A stretch of 62,938 nt of DNA, filler included, from Olpidium bornovanus S191 (Eukaryota > Fungi > Olpidiomycota): the NCBI GenBank assembly GCA_017911155.1. It is 28 parts of 28 records of this genome, joined end to end, with 100 filler letters (N's around TTAATTAATTAA, not from the genome) between each part and the next. Parts side by side here need not be neighbours in the genome. Positions count along the whole stretch, not along the records: positions 1 to 5,488 come from JAEFCI010009438.1; positions 5,589 to 6,962 come from JAEFCI010001340.1; positions 7,063 to 9,494 come from JAEFCI010000966.1; positions 9,595 to 10,708 come from JAEFCI010013472.1; 24 more parts are not named here. One strand, 5' to 3'. Shown here piece after piece: positions 1-10,808 of this stretch. Numbering within the stretch: the stretch's first letter is position 1; each line of letters opens with the position of its first letter. The notes beneath the pieces are model-generated. The model saw only the letters and a program-made list of their open reading frames with translations. It was not told where the DNA came from and made no database searches. A program made the position numbers and the translations under genes.

Positions 1-1359
1 CATGAAGTTGGCGTTAAAACATTTGACGTATCTCAGCGTCATAGTGTTAGATTGAACGCAAAAGCCCCGTCGCAAAACCCCAAAAATAAACAACTGAAAA
101 TTAGAATGAAACGACAGGAAATCTAGGATAAAATGACCGAGAAAATTTCCTTCTCAAGCTTAACTATTAGACCTCGTTTTAAAATTCGTGGAAAAAATCT
201 TAAGGTGAACTCTGTCGGCATCAAATAAAGAAAAAACATGCGGCGGCGGCCGTCAATTAAAAAAAAACGTGTGCGACGACAGCTGTCAAAAATTAAAAAA
301 AAAAAAAAAAAAAAACAAAAAAGAGAGAGAGAGGCAGCAAGCAAACACCGGCAGCTCTCCCAAAAAAATAAAAAACGGCGGTGTTGTAGCATAACATAAG
401 TGCTGGTGAGATCACGTGACTACGACTTGCTTTTGGAGACGGAGATTCCGGTTGATGGCTCCAACTTTCAGCCGGAATTCAAGTAAAAGCAATACAGAAA
501 GAAAAATCAACAAGCGCGCGTCAAAGAAAATCGAAATACGCCGTCAAAACCAAAAAGGGGGGGGGGGGTGGGTAGCCAGGCCTAACCCAAACCTAACCCA
601 GCAGATCACAGACATGAGAATAGGTTCACCGGGTGATCATTGAGCCAAGCATGACCCGGCAGAAAGCGCGGTAACGAAAATTTCCCGGCAAGTGAGCGTA
701 TCCTGCCATAAAGGTCGTAAAGGCCGCAGACGCCGTAAACGCTGCAAACGGAGTAAATGCTAACGCCATAAATGCCGTTGTGAAGCCAATTCCCGTTCCG
801 TCGCATCCTTGCGTCGACTTCCCTTCGTCGTCATGGATAGTTGATCAGTCGGTCGATGCCGACAGCGGTCGTGCCGACGATGATTTTGGTTTATGTGTCG
901 CCATCGACGACTTCATCGGTTAATAAGCGCACGCATTATAATTTTCATTTCCTTGCATGCACTGATGAAAGCCGCAGCTGCCCCATTAAGTAGAGGGATA
1001 GACGATGTAACGAAGTCGTCTTATTATCATGTCCCCCCCAGCACGCTGCCCCTAACATGCCAAGGGGAAGATTGCTGCGGCCAGGGAAGGACGCCCCTTG
1101 GGCAGGGGCGGACTGACTAATAAAAATCTAGAGGTTAACCGACGAAAATCCAGAAGCTGACCAATGATGAAACAGGGGTATTTCTTTCAAACGAAGTTTC
1201 TGTCACAGTTTTCTTGGAAAGCGCCAAGGTAAACCTGGCACACACTTGACCTGTGACGGTTACACTTCAGCGTTATTTTTCCGCCTCCGCTATTTTGCAA
1301 CCTGAATTGCACGGGCAACCAGCGGGTGGAAAAAATACAAAAATTAAAACGGTGAAACG

Positions 1360-2020
1360 GCAATTGACAAGTGGTGGGCAGATGTGGCAGGGGGTCTATA
1401 TAGGTTTGCAATTGATAAATGGAGCCAGAGGGAGGGAGATGGAAGGGGGTGGACATAACATGGCTGGGTGTCAATTTTTTGATGACACCAGCGACATGAA
1501 ATTTTGCGTGAGGCGAGAGGGGGAAAGCATGTACCCAGTGAAACAGGACAGAAACTGGAAAGTGTGACAAAAGGGGCGGGAATATCGAAAATGTGAAAAT
1601 AAGACAGGGTGCAAGACCTGCCACATCTGGGGCATAGAGGACGAGGAGAGGGCCGGAATTGAAGGGGGCAAGCGACAAGTAACGGGGAAGAATTAGTAAG
1701 GGAGAAGCAACAGGCAAGAGGTGGTGGTTGGAAGCGGCAGGGCCTATACAGATTTGAAATGGATAAACGGAACCGAAGAGGGAGGAGGAAGGGGGGGGGG
1801 CAGTGTTGAGGGGGGGCACAGGGCTGGGAGTCAATAATTTGACGACCCCAGCAAAACGACACTGTGTGTGTGTGTGTGTGTGTGTGAGCGTCTGTGTGGT
1901 GCAAGGAAGCAGAAATGGAAAAGCAAGGGACGCACATGGTGTGTACGACGAAACAGGACGAGAAGCGAAAATGTGGCAAAAGGCTAACAGGACGTTGAAC
2001 GTGAGAATAAGATATAACGA
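1360..2020. repeat. Diverged tandem duplication, unit about 350-400 bp, purine-rich on the + strand, with a hairpin in each copy
   Basis: 1371-1610 aligns by eye to 1721-2010 (for example tctatataggtttgcaattgataaatggagcc vs cctatacagatttgaaatggataaacggaacc, and gaaacaggacagaaactggaaagtgtgacaaaagg vs gaaacaggacgagaagcgaaaatgtggcaaaagg). Hairpins at 1463-1492 and 1823-1852. Confidence 0.75.
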
Positions 2021-2116
2021 GACACAAAGGAACAGGGGGACGGGGATGAAGGTGGATATAAGACGCGCCAAATGTCGAGCGATCGCGCAAACCGGGGGAG
2101 GCGGACGGTGCGGGCG

Positions 2117-4119
2117 CTATTGCTGCTTCACCGTCGGCGTAACCGCAGGCACGCTCTGCGACTTCGGCGGCCGCGTTTCACCGCAGGTCAGGGCGGCATC
2201 CTCGGGGATGCAGGCCAGGAACTCGTCATTGATGTGAGCGGGCAGCGTGTCCATGCACTGAGACTTTAGGACAGGCCCATAATTTTGGAAGATGTACCGC
2301 AACACCTCAGCCTTGAGGCCGTGTTCCTGGGCCACGACGGCCTTTTCGAAAATGCGGGCGCACGTCTCGGTGGTGAGGTGCCGGCGCACCAGTCGGTGCG
2401 AGCACAGCATGCGCAGCCGCGGGAGGAAGTAGAGGCTGGCCAGCACCAGCAGATCCGCGACAACGTCCCAGGGAGCGTCTCTGGGTATGGTGTCCGTGTA
2501 CATGTAGTAGAGGAACGCGTGGACCACGCCGCGCGCCTCAGGTATCTCCATTCGCCCCTGCGATGCCTCAATCATGCCCGACCCGCATACGTTCCGGAAG
2601 TGGGGCCACCGCGCCATCAGGATTGTCTTGTGCACCCAGAATGGCGCGCCATCCCTCGCGCTGATTGTGAAATCCGATAGCGTCGGGTCGTCCAACAGGG
2701 TTGCCAGATCGGACGACAGCAGCGAGGGGGGCACGGTGAACACACCAAGCGATGCGATATCCACCGAGACGAAATCGCGGAAGTGGTCATACGGCGGATG
2801 CCGGTCCGATTCGACGTTCCCCAGAAAGACCAGTCGCACCTCATCCTCCGCGCCGTCCCGGCAGGGACTGTCACGGATAACCTCCCCATCGATCTCTGTC
2901 GCCGGCGGAGTGTGGTAGCCATCGTCTGATTCGGAAGACCGCGGATTTCCCAAAACGGTGAAGTAGTTCCAAACGCCTTTGGCGAAGTCCTTGGAGCCTT
3001 CGAGCCTCTTCCACTCCAATTTTTCCAAATCCAACAACCACAAGCCGTGAGGCTGGTTATCACTGAGGTATGCAGCTGTCGACGGGGTAATGTATTTCCC
3101 GAAAACTAGGATGTTGCCGTTTACCGCTTCGGCAAAATGTTGGCTTTTCAGGAGGACAACTAACCGAAAAATGAATTTAGCCCGCGTTCAACTCGCCTTT
3201 TCTCCAACAAAACATCGGAGAGACGAACCTTCTCCAGATACGCCGCTGAAACCGACCACCTTTGTGGTCTTAAGGTCGACATAGAAAATATCGGAAACGG
3301 TGTTGCCCTGCTCGTCTTTGCCCGCATATATGTACATTTTATCCTTGATCACAGTTGCGGTGTGGTTGTACCGAGCGGGGACGCAAGTCGAAACGCACGA
3401 CCAGACAAAACTTTCCAGGTCCAGCACGGAAAGCTCCTCCAGCACGTAGGTCATCTCGGTGTTCCGTGCGAAGCCGCCGTACACGTAGAGCTTGTTCTCG
3501 TGGACCACGGCACTGTGGAGGTACCTGGCAGCCACCGTCTTGCCGCCGACGTTCGGCCGGAACCACGTGCGCTTGCTCAGGTCGTAGATCACAACGTCGT
3601 TGCAGTACTCTTGGAACTCGTTCGAACCCCCTGTGTGGCACACACGGATTCAGCAGCCACTGCGGGTGCAGGAAAGACTGCGGCACACGCTCGATCCTAA
3701 CGCCTAACCGAGTCGCACACCAACCGAATATTATGATCCAGTTTCGGTAGTGCGTCGCAGAGTGGCCGTATCGCTTGCTGGGAGGTTGCCCCTTCGTCTA
3801 CGCCAACAGGCGGCAGAACCGGGAAGAACGTGGTCAACACCAGAGGAGTGGGGTCGGATGGGGGCGGGGTGAGGTTCCGCCGGTTCGCGATGGGCGGGGC
3901 CGGGGAAGGCAGCAGAGAGGCGGGTCGGGGACGGGGTATTCCGCACACCTGGACGTGACTCCAGCGCAAGGTGTCCAAGTCCAGCGCATGAAGGTCGGTC
4001 GTGACGTGGCCGCCACCGCCGAAGACATAGACTTTCCTTCCGACGCGGGTGAGCGAAGGCCGCCACAACCCGACCAAGTTATCGCCGGTCGTCTGCTTCG
4101 GGTCGCTGTACGCTGCCAT
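2117..4119 (-). CDS. Kelch-repeat plus BTB/POZ protein (LZTR1/Mds3-like architecture), 4 exons, probably complete
   Basis: Exons 4119-3949, 3797-~3726, ~3630-3230 and ~3155-2117, with GT-AG introns. Kelch motifs VYVFGGG, RYGHSATH..IIIFGG, RYLHSAVVHENKLYVYGG, RYNHTATVIKDKMYIYAG. BTB motif SDFTISARDGAPFWVHKTILMARWPHFR..AFLYYMYTD. TAG stop at 2117. Confidence 0.9.
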
Positions 4120-4257
4120 GCGGGCGGTGCTGTGCGAAACGTCACCCGGCTCCTACCGGCCGCCCCGCCACCCGGGCGGGCTTTCCGGCTTGGCAGCAGT
4201 TGCGAACGAGAGCTGTCCCAGGGCGACACGGGGGGGCTTACCCGCGACTGAGAGATC

Positions 4258-4340
4258 AGGACGGGAGAAAGAGAGAGATGGAGAGAGAGAGAGTCAGTGA
4301 GTGAGTGAGAGTGAGAGTGAGCGAGTGTGCGTGTGTGTGT
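4258..4340. repeat. (GA)n/(GAGT)n/(GT)n microsatellite upstream of the Kelch-BTB start codon
   Basis: Read directly: gagagagagagtcagtgagtgagtgagagtgagagtgagcgagtgtgcgtgtgtgtg. Confidence 0.9.
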
Positions 4341-5368
4341 TTCTGACGATCCTCCCCGGGCCCCCACCCTTTCCCCCTTCCCCCTTCCCGCACGTCGTCT
4401 GGTCGCGGAAGCACGGGCCCTTCGTCTCGCGGCGGGAGCACGAGCTTTCGCCGGATCGTCAACGTCGGCCGGCCGGGAGAGGGGGAGGGGGGAGGGCCGG
4501 GCCGGTGGCGGTGCGTGAGAGATGGGCGTGGGGTGATGCGGGTGTTCCAGAATCTTCTGAGTTGCGTGAAACAGCCGTCGCGCGCGCGTCTGCTCTCTGC
4601 CGCGCGCGCGCGCGGGAAACGCAGGAGCCCGGAGGATGGAGAGGACGAGGAGGAGGCGGCGGAAGGGGAAAACGAGGCGGGGGCAAACGGCTCTCTCCGC
4701 GTCTCCAACAAAACGAACGACGACCGGCAACCGCAGATCAACCCGCGATCGCTTTCCTGTTGCTGAGTGGCTTTACTCCCCCACCTCGTGTGGTGTTTCT
4801 CCCAGGAAATTCCTCTACGCGACCCGGGACGGCAGATCTGGGACACCTGCGACCGGTAGCTTACGTTGGTAACGCGCCCGTGGAGCTCGCTCCCCATCAA
4901 AAAGCACAAGATACACCACGAACCACGGGCGTGCCGTCCGCGCTTCCCAACGGCCGTTTGCGCCCTGTGCCCACGGAGTTCGCGGCCGGCCGTATATCTT
5001 TCCCGTCCACTGGGTTAGCCCATCCCCGCCAGAAGAAAAAAACAAGAAACAGAACACCTTGGGTACCCCAGCACCGAAGGTTAGGGTCTACAGGAATTTC
5101 TTTCGCGTTTGTCGTCACGTTCGTGACTGTAACCGTCACGCCACATCTGCCCGTCCTTCTGCTGAACCACGCACACAAAGGGACTCTGACTCACGCGCAG
5201 GTGAACCATCTTTCCCAGCTCAGAAGAGGTGTGAAACCTTCCCATCATTCCACACCCGTCAAGAAGCAACGGAGGGAGCTAGAAATTGGAGGACTGGGTG
5301 CTGAGAATATTTGCAGCAGCTTTCAGGGGTTTCTTCTGAGTGCGTTGTCTGAGCGTTAAATGGTCGCC

Positions 5369-5488
5369 ATGAACGGCGTGGAGGCCGTGGCCGTCGCCAC
5401 CGGGCAGGACTGGAGGGCGATCTCTGCCGCGGCCCACGCGTGGGCCTCCCTGAACGACCACCGCGGCGACAGGGGTGGCGGCGAGGGC
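5369..5488 (+). CDS. Fragment of a class II-type HMG-CoA reductase, truncated by the contig end
   Basis: Translates MNGVEAVAVATGQDWRAISAAAHAWAS, matching the class II motif (HNKGI)MNGIDAVxIATGxDWRAIEAxAHAxA. Only 40 codons; not in the ORF track; the upstream NKGI is not visible. Confidence 0.7.
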
Positions 5489-5588
5489 NNNNNNNNNNNN
5501 NNNNNNNNNNNNNNNNNNNNNNNNNNNNNNNNTTAATTAATTAANNNNNNNNNNNNNNNNNNNNNNNNNNNNNNNNNNNNNNNNNNNN
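5489..5588. other. Artificial contig-joining spacer (first of 27)
   Basis: 44 N + TTAATTAATTAA (stops in all six frames) + 44 N. The same spacer is at 6963-7062, 9495-9594, 10709-10808, 13753-13852, 15972-16071, 18072-18171, 19746-19845, 21191-21290, 24333-24432, 26543-26642, 28260-28359, 30416-30515, 33541-33640, 35945-36044, 37593-37692, 39181-39280, 40996-41095, 42546-42645, 45442-45541, 47062-47161, 48808-48907, 50245-50344, 53081-53180, 54725-54824, 58456-58555 and 60258-60357. Confidence 0.99.
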
Positions 5589-5589
5589 G

Positions 5590-5715
5590 GATCGGACGCT
5601 TCAGTCCCTCAACGAAGAGATCCAACAGGTGCAGACGGAGACGACGGACTTACGATGGCAAGTCGACGAGCTGGAAACGGCGTGTTCGGCCCCAACCGCT
5701 AATTTTGATGCGTGA
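5590..5715 (+). CDS. Possible 3' end of a coiled-coil protein
   Basis: DRTLQSLNEEIQQVQTETTDLRWQVDELETACSAPTANFDA*, heptad-like and open from the contig start. No family recognised. Confidence 0.35.
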   Translation, partial: DRTLQSLNEEIQQVQTETTDLRWQVDELETACSAPTANFDA

Positions 5716-7118
5716 AGCCGGTGGGTAGTTTTCCCGCACGAGGCGGAAGCTGCGACAATTTTCTACATACGACTTGCAGCTGATAACGTCATGTTTTCTG
5801 GACGGCGGAACTGTGCGAACATTTTTCGTGTTACGGCGAACCTCGTGATTTACTTGACGCGCAGCTATCCTGCAGCGTGTTTATCGCATACGGATCAGAA
5901 TAAAATTTTCTGCCGGGTAAAGCGTCGGTGTTTTTTGCTGGGAAGAACGGTTCCCGGGGATTTCGCTGTAAAACAAAACAATAACAAAATTTTCGGCGCG
6001 CGGCGCGCGGCGCAATTGACATCCGGGAGAACACGTGGCTTCTTTTTTATTATTTTTTTTGGCGGACGCGCAAACTCTCGCGGCGCGTGCGAAATTGCCA
6101 GCGGGCCCGGACGCCAGGAGGCATTTTTTTTTAACCTTACGCCTTGTCACCGCGCTTTTATTTTTTTCGAGCGACGGACAAACAGACAGCAACCGACATA
6201 GTCACGGCGGGCCGCCCTTAGGATGAGGGCGCAAGGACGAAAAAAAGGCCAGGAAACGTCGACGCGTCGTCGTTTGCCGCGGGGTGGAGAGATCCGGGGT
6301 GTTGGGCGCTTTCCAGAAAAAAAAAGGCTGGGCGACGTGCGATTTCAGGCACGCACGTCTTTATTCAAGCGGCCGGTCTACTAGGCGAATGGAGAGGTTA
6401 GAAATCGACTTTCCATTGTCGCACCGAATCTGCAGCGAAAATAGGGGTTTTTGCTGGTCGGAGGGAGGAGGGAGGGGGAAAGGGGCGGGAGGGGGAAAGG
6501 GGCGGGAAGGGGGGGTTTCGTAAGGAAATGAAGCCGTCGGGCGTGCGCGTCTGTTGTGCGCCAAAATTCACGGTATCGCCGTGGTCCCGGCAAGTTCGCT
6601 CTGCAACCCGGCTGCGAAAAGACGGTCTGGAACGTGCGCCCAACCGTAGGACGTCGTCGAGCCGCGCGCCCCGTCCGGGACGCAGGCTCCGAAACACAAG
6701 GCCGAATGGCACCGCACGGAAAGCGGCGGGCTGCATGGAGGCACCTGCCGGCAGGTCGTCGTTCTGCACCAGCGCCCGTGGTGCGTGCTGTAGCCAGGCA
6801 AGGCTGTACGGCGTCCGTTCTACGCTCCGTATATCAACAGATTGGAAATACCCCCGGGTCGGCTGTTCCATGCCAACAGCACATACTGTAAATAATAACT
6901 GCTGCTACCAGTACCAGAATACTAGCATCGATTCCCGCGGTGTAAGCGGCCGCGGGGAAAACNNNNNNNNNNNNNNNNNNNNNNNNNNNNNNNNNNNNNN
7001 NNNNNNTTAATTAATTAANNNNNNNNNNNNNNNNNNNNNNNNNNNNNNNNNNNNNNNNNNNNCCCTCCGGGGCCCCCCCGCCCCCCCCCCCCCCCCCCCC
7101 CCCCCCGCCCCCCCACAG

Positions 7119-8330
7119 GGATTGACAGTCTGGCTCACGGGACTTTCGGCGTCCGGTAAATCGACTCTCGCCGCGGCGCTGGAGCAGGAGCTCGTCCGGC
7201 GCGGCGTTCACGCGTACCGCCTCGACGGCGACAACATCCGGTTCGGCTTGAACCGCGACCTGGCGTTCGGGCGGCAGGACAGGACGGAAAACATCAGGAG
7301 GATCGCGGAGGTTGGCGATTTTTCGAGCGCCCGGGGGAAATTTGTTGGAGGGAAGGGAAGAGAGAGCGCGAGGAGCGGGTAGGACTCTTCGGGGACGCAG
7401 CGATCGCCACCCCTGTTAACCCCACAACCTCGACCCCGCAAATTCCCGTGTTGTTGTCGTTTTGCTCTATTCGCGTTCCCGCCCCCCTTCCCCCAAACCC
7501 CACCCGACCAACCAACCGTGCAGGTGGCGAAGCTCTTCGCCGACGCCGCGTCGGTGTGCATCGCGGCGTGCATCAGCCCGTATCGAGCGGACCGGGACGC
7601 CGCGCGACGATTGCACGAGGAAGCGGGCATCCCGTTTGTGGAGGTCCTCGATGGGAATCGCGCGTAGTACGGTGGTTTTTTTTTTTTTTTTTTTTTTTTC
7701 TTTGGTGGGTTAGGAAACCGGGGAAGAGGAGGGAGGAGGGAGAAGGGGAGAACGGCCGGGGTTAACCGTAAACGCGCCCGCGCTCAACCCTCTTCCCCCC
7801 ACACCAACTTCTCACGCAGGTTTTCGTGGACTGCCCGCTGAAACTCGCCGAGTCCAGGGACCCGAAAGGCCTGTACAGAAGAGCGCACTTGGGCGAGATA
7901 CCAGGTAAACGCGGCAGATTTTTCCCTCCCCCGCTTAAAATTTTGCTGATGCGAAGCCTTTTTTTTTTTTTTTGTAAATATGCTTGCGTTGCGTGCGCGC
8001 GCGTCGCGCGTAGTCATCGGTTTCGGAGCGCCTGGAGGGTCCCGTAGAACGCGGCCGCGCCGGGGAAGCGCAAAAACGGGGACCGTGAAACTTTTTTTTT
8101 TTTAAAAAAAAAACGTCTGGTGATATTTTTTATTTTCAGATATCCCGGCGAACTAACCCGCCCACCCGCAATAATATCCGCCAGATTTTACGGGCGTGTC
8201 CGCCCCGTACGAAGCTCCCCTCCGGGCGGAGATAACCATCCGCACGGACACCACGTCGGTTGACGACGGCACGAAGGAGGTGCTGGAATATCTTCGGCGC
8301 AGGGACCTGCTGCGTCCGGCGCAGTGCTGA
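7119..8330 (+). CDS. MET14: Adenylyl-sulfate (APS) kinase, 5' partial, 4 exons seen
   Basis: [15 protein letters not shown]-loop, [21 protein letters not shown]|[40 protein letters not shown]; GT-AG introns; TGA at 8328-8330. Confidence 0.96.
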
Positions 8331-9253
8331 GGGTCGCGAAGCGTTTTCCGGTCGGATCGTGAGGCGTCGGCTGCCGTGTGTTTCTTTTTTATCCTTTTTT
8401 TGTCGCTTCTTTTTTCTCTCTTTGCCCCTTCTTTCGCCAAAGTCGCCGTTTCACACAGGCAGCCTTGACAGTTGCCTCAGGGTCTCACTGCTCTTTCTTC
8501 GACGCGGTCCCCTTCGACCGGCCAAACCGCATTTTTGAGCCAAGCAGCGGATTTCCCGCCGCGGCACGGCCAAAACGAACGCCCTCGCGGTACTCTGGTA
8601 TTGCAGCTATTTCGGTCCAGCCGAATCCCTGGTTACCCGCGAAACGTTTTGATCTTCGTTGTCACAGCCGCTCGCCGAACTCTTCCTTTTGAGGTACCTG
8701 ACTCCGGACCACCCTGCGTGATCTGAAGTCGAAGGCAGTTACGACTCAGCAGCCTTCGGGCAATCAACACCCGAAAAGCCGCCAACTGTTTTCGAGATCA
8801 ACTACCGCAGATCTGAAACGGTCATCACTGAGCGCGTCCTACGGCGGGACGTCGTCAAATCGGGGGACCAGTATCAAATAGTACAGTTATCGTATTCTCG
8901 GATGACTTCGTACGCCAACGCTCAGACGTGAATGTGAAACTGCACGCGACCTGCGTCTTCATGGATGCCGCATAGAGCCAATGGTCTCAAGGGTTGGCTC
9001 CGGGAGACGTGCGCAGCATTTCGAGGCGCATTTCCCGTGCGTCGCCTACGGCGGCTCAAAAAGGTTTTTCTTTGTCGCAAAACCCTCGCGTTCGCCGCGT
9101 ACGGGTAAAGTGGAAGCATCCCGCCGGCGTAACACGCGAACGCAGAAACACGCAGAATACGCAAAAAGCGCCACACTTAGTAGTACAGATAAGACGGTGA
9201 TAGTGGAGTGAACGTGCTACAGGTGAATCGGGAAAGGAACCAGAACCGGTTAT

Positions 9254-9494
9254 TTAATCGTCCTTGACGACCCCGACCTGGGCAGGTCGGATGACGCGAC
9301 CGTTAAGGGTGAACCCGTCCTTCTGCACGACGAAAACGGTGCCGGCGGGCTTTCCCGGGACCGATGCCTGGAACATGGCCTGATGGCGGTTCGGGTCAAA
9401 GGGCTGGTCGACGGCGTCGAACTTCTCGACGCCGTTGCGTCGAAGGGCTTTGAGGAGCTCCGCCTCCATGAGTGAAACGCCCTCGTGCAGCGAG
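9254..9494 (-). CDS. MGE1: GrpE nucleotide exchange factor (mitochondrial type), C-terminal fragment
   Basis: EGVSLMEAELLKALRRNGVEKF...FDPNRHQAMFQ...GTVFVVQKDGFTLNGRVIRPAQVGVVK*. Confidence 0.93.
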
Positions 9495-9594
9495 NNNNNN
9501 NNNNNNNNNNNNNNNNNNNNNNNNNNNNNNNNNNNNNNTTAATTAATTAANNNNNNNNNNNNNNNNNNNNNNNNNNNNNNNNNNNNNNNNNNNN

Positions 9595-9922
9595 ATCTAC
9601 CTGTGAGGCAGAGTTCGTCGCGGGTTCAGCGGCGGCACAGGAAACCGTCTGGCTGAGGTCCATAATACGCGGGGTCTCCTTGATGACCAACAGCCCAACG
9701 CCGCTCATGATAGACGGCACGGGAGTTGCAGAACTTGCTGCGGACAACAAGGCTTCAAAAAGGTCGAAGCACATAGACATCAAATACCACCACCTGAGAT
9801 GGTGCGCAGCGGATGGCGAGATCCAAATTCAGAGGGTCGAATCCGCAGAAAACCCGGCGGACATGCTCACAAAGCCGCTGGACAAAGTCAAGTTCACCAA
9901 GTTTTGGGGAAGATCGGGATAG
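9595..9922 (+). mobile_element. Ty1/copia retrotransposon pol C-terminus (RNase H)
   Basis: STCEAEFVAGSAAAQETVWLR...SKRSKHIDIKYHHLR...VESAENPADMLTKPL are canonical copia RNase H motifs. Confidence 0.93.
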
Positions 9923-10017
9923 GTCCGTGCAACGACTAACCGTCCAAGATTTACAGCAAGAAAGGCAAACGTAGACCGGACGGAGGAAAATCAAGTGACC
10001 ACGGGATATAGATTTCT

Positions 10018-10230
10018 TAGGAGAGGTGGGGTATTGAAACAAAGGGGGGCGGTGCCCGCGTGGCTCTGGCGGAAATCCCCCCGTTCACCCCTTTCCTCCT
10101 TTCGTAAACCGGCAACACCTTTGAGGTACAAATAGGCCTGTATTCCGTAGAGATTCTACAACTCGGCGAACAGCTCAAAACAGAAAACTCCTGCCCGTCT
10201 CCTCGTTCCCGTCCTCGTTCGGCCGATGCC
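10018..10230 (+). mobile_element. Possible polypurine tract and start of the 3' LTR of the copia element
   Basis: Purine run aggagaggtgggg about 100 nt after the pol stop, followed by tattgaaac and a TATA-like tacaaatagg. No second LTR is available to confirm. Confidence 0.3.
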
Positions 10231-10496
10231 CGTGGAAGTAAAAAGTCCTTCCCTCTCCCCCCCCCCCCCTCCACCCCCCCCTCGCCCCCCTTCCCCGGCC
10301 AAAAAACAAAAAAAAAAAAGTTACCGCGAAAACAATAAAAAAAAAACTGCAAAAAAAACGAAAAAAAACCCCCCTTTACCCGACCACTATTTTAAGGGGG
10401 GAAACAAACAAAGGTTCTCGGAAAAGGCGCCTCGCCCGCTTTCGTCTCTGCGCGACCGCGCGTGGCGGGGAAGGGGGGGGGGGGGGGGTTTCCCCG

Positions 10497-10532
<36 letters not shown>

Positions 10533-10673
10533 CTCCGCGGCGTTTTCGCGTGGAGAGAGCAAACGCGGTACTCATCCTTTCGCGCGTTTCTGTTTTTCTT
10601 TTTAATCTGCCGCCCTTCCGCGGCCGCTCCTTCGCATCGCACCCTGGCGGCTGACCCCCCCTCTCCCAACCGC

Positions 10674-10708
<35 letters not shown>

Positions 10709-10808
10709 NNNNNNNNNNNNNNNNNNNNNNNNNNNNNNNNNNNNNNNNNNNNTTAATTAATTAANNNNNNNNNNNNNNNNNNNNNNNNNNNNNNNNNNNN
10801 NNNNNNNN

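Noticed and set aside
1-11. Same 11-mer (catgaagttgg) at the start of contig 1 and at 45542
   Set aside because: Four bases come from the shared CATG end and the sequences diverge at once; compatible with chance.
581-600. cctaacccaaacctaaccca as a telomere repeat
   Set aside because: Only two imperfect units, internal to a contig.
4301-5359. Long ORF-track frames such as 4301-5359, 1187-2071, 16670-17773, 43869-45020, 47842-48777 and 57357-58445
   Set aside because: They are stop-poor shadows of GC-rich or strand-skewed DNA, or antisense to real genes. They are R/P/G/A-rich, run through microsatellites and show no motifs.
5533-5544. TTAATTAATTAA repeated 27 times at kb spacing (could suggest a CRISPR-like array or PacI-site repeats)
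   Set aside because: It is always centred in exactly 88 N; this is a six-frame-stop linker added when contigs were concatenated.
8702-8975. About 90-codon ATG-poor open frame between MET14 and MGE1
   Set aside because: No recognisable motif or splice support; such lengths occur by chance in this GC-rich DNA.
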